From: a virus
Strand: one strand, 5' to 3'
DNA: 6,577 nucleotides
Virus genome (UHGV): UHGV-1437364
Below the pieces are notes generated by a model that worked only from the letters and a program-made list of their open reading frames with translations, had not been told where the DNA came from and did no database searches. Numbering within the stretch: the first letter of the stretch is position 1; each line of letters starts with the position of its first letter. Shown piece after piece: positions 5,236 through 6,577 of this stretch. The position numbers and the translations under genes are program-made.

Positions 5236-6531
5236 TTATAAAAACGCGTCGCAATCGTCTGTTGTTATTGCGTTAGTCTGCGTTACTCCTTTAACTTTCC
5301 GCGTAATATATTCATGTCCGTAAACTTTCGCGGCTGGCTTCATAGCCTTGCCAAAGTCATTTACGTTTAGCGGTTTGCTCCTGCCTGCGTACGCCATAAA
5401 CGCCAGATAGACGCGGTAAAGGCTGTTTCTGGTCGTGTACTTCACTGAATCGCCACCGCCGCCCATCATCAGGCCGCGTGCTTCCTCCAGAAAATTCAGG
5501 AACTGGCAAAACTCAATAACCGGATCCGTCTGTTGCTTTATTGCCAGTGCTTCATCACCGTCACGCTGTTCAATGAGTAAAGCCCGTGCCTTTTCAGGGT
5601 CGGCAAAGTTCGCCAGCAAGCGGCGGATAATGACAGGGATTTCAGCCGCGATCTTTTCCGGTAGCTCCCTGTCTTTTTCTGCCTCGCTTACGATGTTATC
5701 GAACCGGAATATCACCCGACGACGTGCCACACCTCCGGCCCGTTCGGTGAATATCATCGGATTGTTATTGGTTGCCAGCACCACCGCCCTGATTACCGCC
5801 GTAAAACGCTTTTCATATTTCGGGTTAATTTCCACGGGGTCGCCGCCCGTGATTTTCTTGATGCCCGTTCCTTCGCCTGTATATTTCGGCTGGTCTGCCA
5901 GGACGATAAGACGACTCCCGACAACCTGCGCACGCCCACCAGCATCATCAAGCGATGTCATTTCAGCGCTTACCGTGTTTTGTTTCCCTGCCAGAAGGCT
6001 GGCTATGTGTGTGAATGTACTTTTACCGCTCCCGCCGTCTCCGGTGGCCTCAATAAACATCTGCCAGTCGTACCGGTTCGCCATAATCATGTACAGCGCG
6101 GCACATATACGCATCATCTTGCGCGGGTCTTTTCCGGCTGCGTGCTCAAGCCATTTATGAAAGTTTGGCGCGTTATCGCGGATGTTCTCCCCTGGTGCTG
6201 GTGGCGTGTACTCAATGCCGTTGTGCGTGGTGATCCAGTTCTCCGGCGTGTGCGGGGAAAATTCCCCCGTTTTCAGGTCAAGCGCACCATTGGCGAACGG
6301 CAGCAAATCGCCGGACGGCTCGCCCATTGGTTCGGCAATAACTTTTAACGCTTCCACGGCGTTATTGATTACGCGCTTGCTGAAAGTGGCCCTGTGCTCT
6401 GAATAGATCGCCACCATTTCGCGGCTAAGTTCCATTGTGCTGACCGGACACCATACCCCGCCGCGCCATACGTGAACGATTTCACTTTCAGGATGTACGC
6501 AAACGCCATCAAAGCGATCGGCAAGCAGCTG
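5236..6531 (-). CDS. Replication primase-helicase, P4-alpha / PICI Pri-Rep type (partial; 5-prime end lost at contig edge)
   Basis: Walker A motif EATGDGGSGKST and D5_N-like upstream region, as in the phage/plasmid primase P4-family C-terminal domain. The apparent N-terminus MYKRQ (6546..6532) is a translation of the adapter ATGTATAAGAGACAG, so genuine codons start at 6531. Confidence 0.85.
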   Translation of the reverse strand, partial: QLLADRFDGVCVHPESEIVHVWRGGVWCPVSTMELSREMVAIYSEHRATFSKRVINNAVEALKVIAEPMGEPSGDLLPFANGALDLKTGEFSPHTPENWITTHNGIEYTPPAPGENIRDNAPNFHKWLEHAAGKDPRKMMRICAALYMIMANRYDWQMFIEATGDGGSGKSTFTHIASLLAGKQNTVSAEMTSLDDAGGRAQVVGSRLIVLADQPKYTGEGTGIKKITGGDPVEINPKYEKRFTAVIRAVVLATNNNPMIFTERAGGVARRRVIFRFDNIVSEAEKDRELPEKIAAEIPVIIRRLLANFADPEKARALLIEQRDGDEALAIKQQTDPVIEFCQFLNFLEEARGLMMGGGGDSVKYTTRNSLYRVYLAFMAYAGRSKPLNVNDFGKAMKPAAKVYGHEYITRKVKGVTQTNAITTDDCDAFL

Positions 6532-6577
6532 CTGTCTCTTATACACATCTCCGAGCCCACGAGACCGTACTAGATCT
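6532..6577. other. Library adapter (reverse complement of 1-46), not biological
   Basis: CTGTCTCTTATACACATCT CCGAGCCCACGAGAC CGTACTAG ATCT is the exact reverse complement of the 5-prime end of the window. Confidence 0.9.

Noticed and set aside
5435-6406. Plus-strand ORFs 5435-6160, 5980-6348 and 6182-6406
   Set aside because: Antisense shadows of the primase-helicase gene, which has a clear Walker A motif and family resemblance.
47-6531. Integrase, att core, tRNA or defence genes
   Set aside because: No tyrosine or serine recombinase-like ORF and no tRNA-like structure was evident by eye. No formal scan was possible, so absence is provisional. These would most likely lie beyond the truncated primase end.
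6369-6560. 63-aa minus-strand ORF starting MGSEMCIRDS
   Set aside because: Its start and first residues are a translation of the Nextera adapter, and the rest is an out-of-frame overlap with the primase-helicase gene.

Overview
Positions 47-6531 are biological sequence; 1-46 and 6532-6577 are inverted Nextera/Tn5 adapter copies, so the contig ends are library artefacts. All credible genes are on the minus strand and resemble a compact enterobacterial phage-satellite-like element. In transcription order (high to low coordinates): a 5-prime-truncated P4-alpha/PICI Pri-Rep-type primase-helicase, an iteron-rich putative origin, ORF92 coupled to an SSB, a terminator beside a degenerate cos-like relic, a ~410-bp regulatory gap, then ORF68, a lambda gpE-like major capsid protein, a gpD-like decoration protein and ORF137. 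These are followed by a terminator, a lambda-type cos with divergent cosB, a Nu1-like small terminase, a second inverted lambda-type cos with lambda-like cosB, and a repeat-rich non-coding stretch. No large terminase, portal, protease, scaffold, tail or integrase gene is in the window. The most notable features are the two inverted cos sites flanking the TerS gene, the satellite carrying its own lambda-type head and TerS genes, and eight Chi octamers. All homology calls are by eye against remembered lambda gpE, gpD, Nu1 and E. coli SSB sequences; no database search was run.
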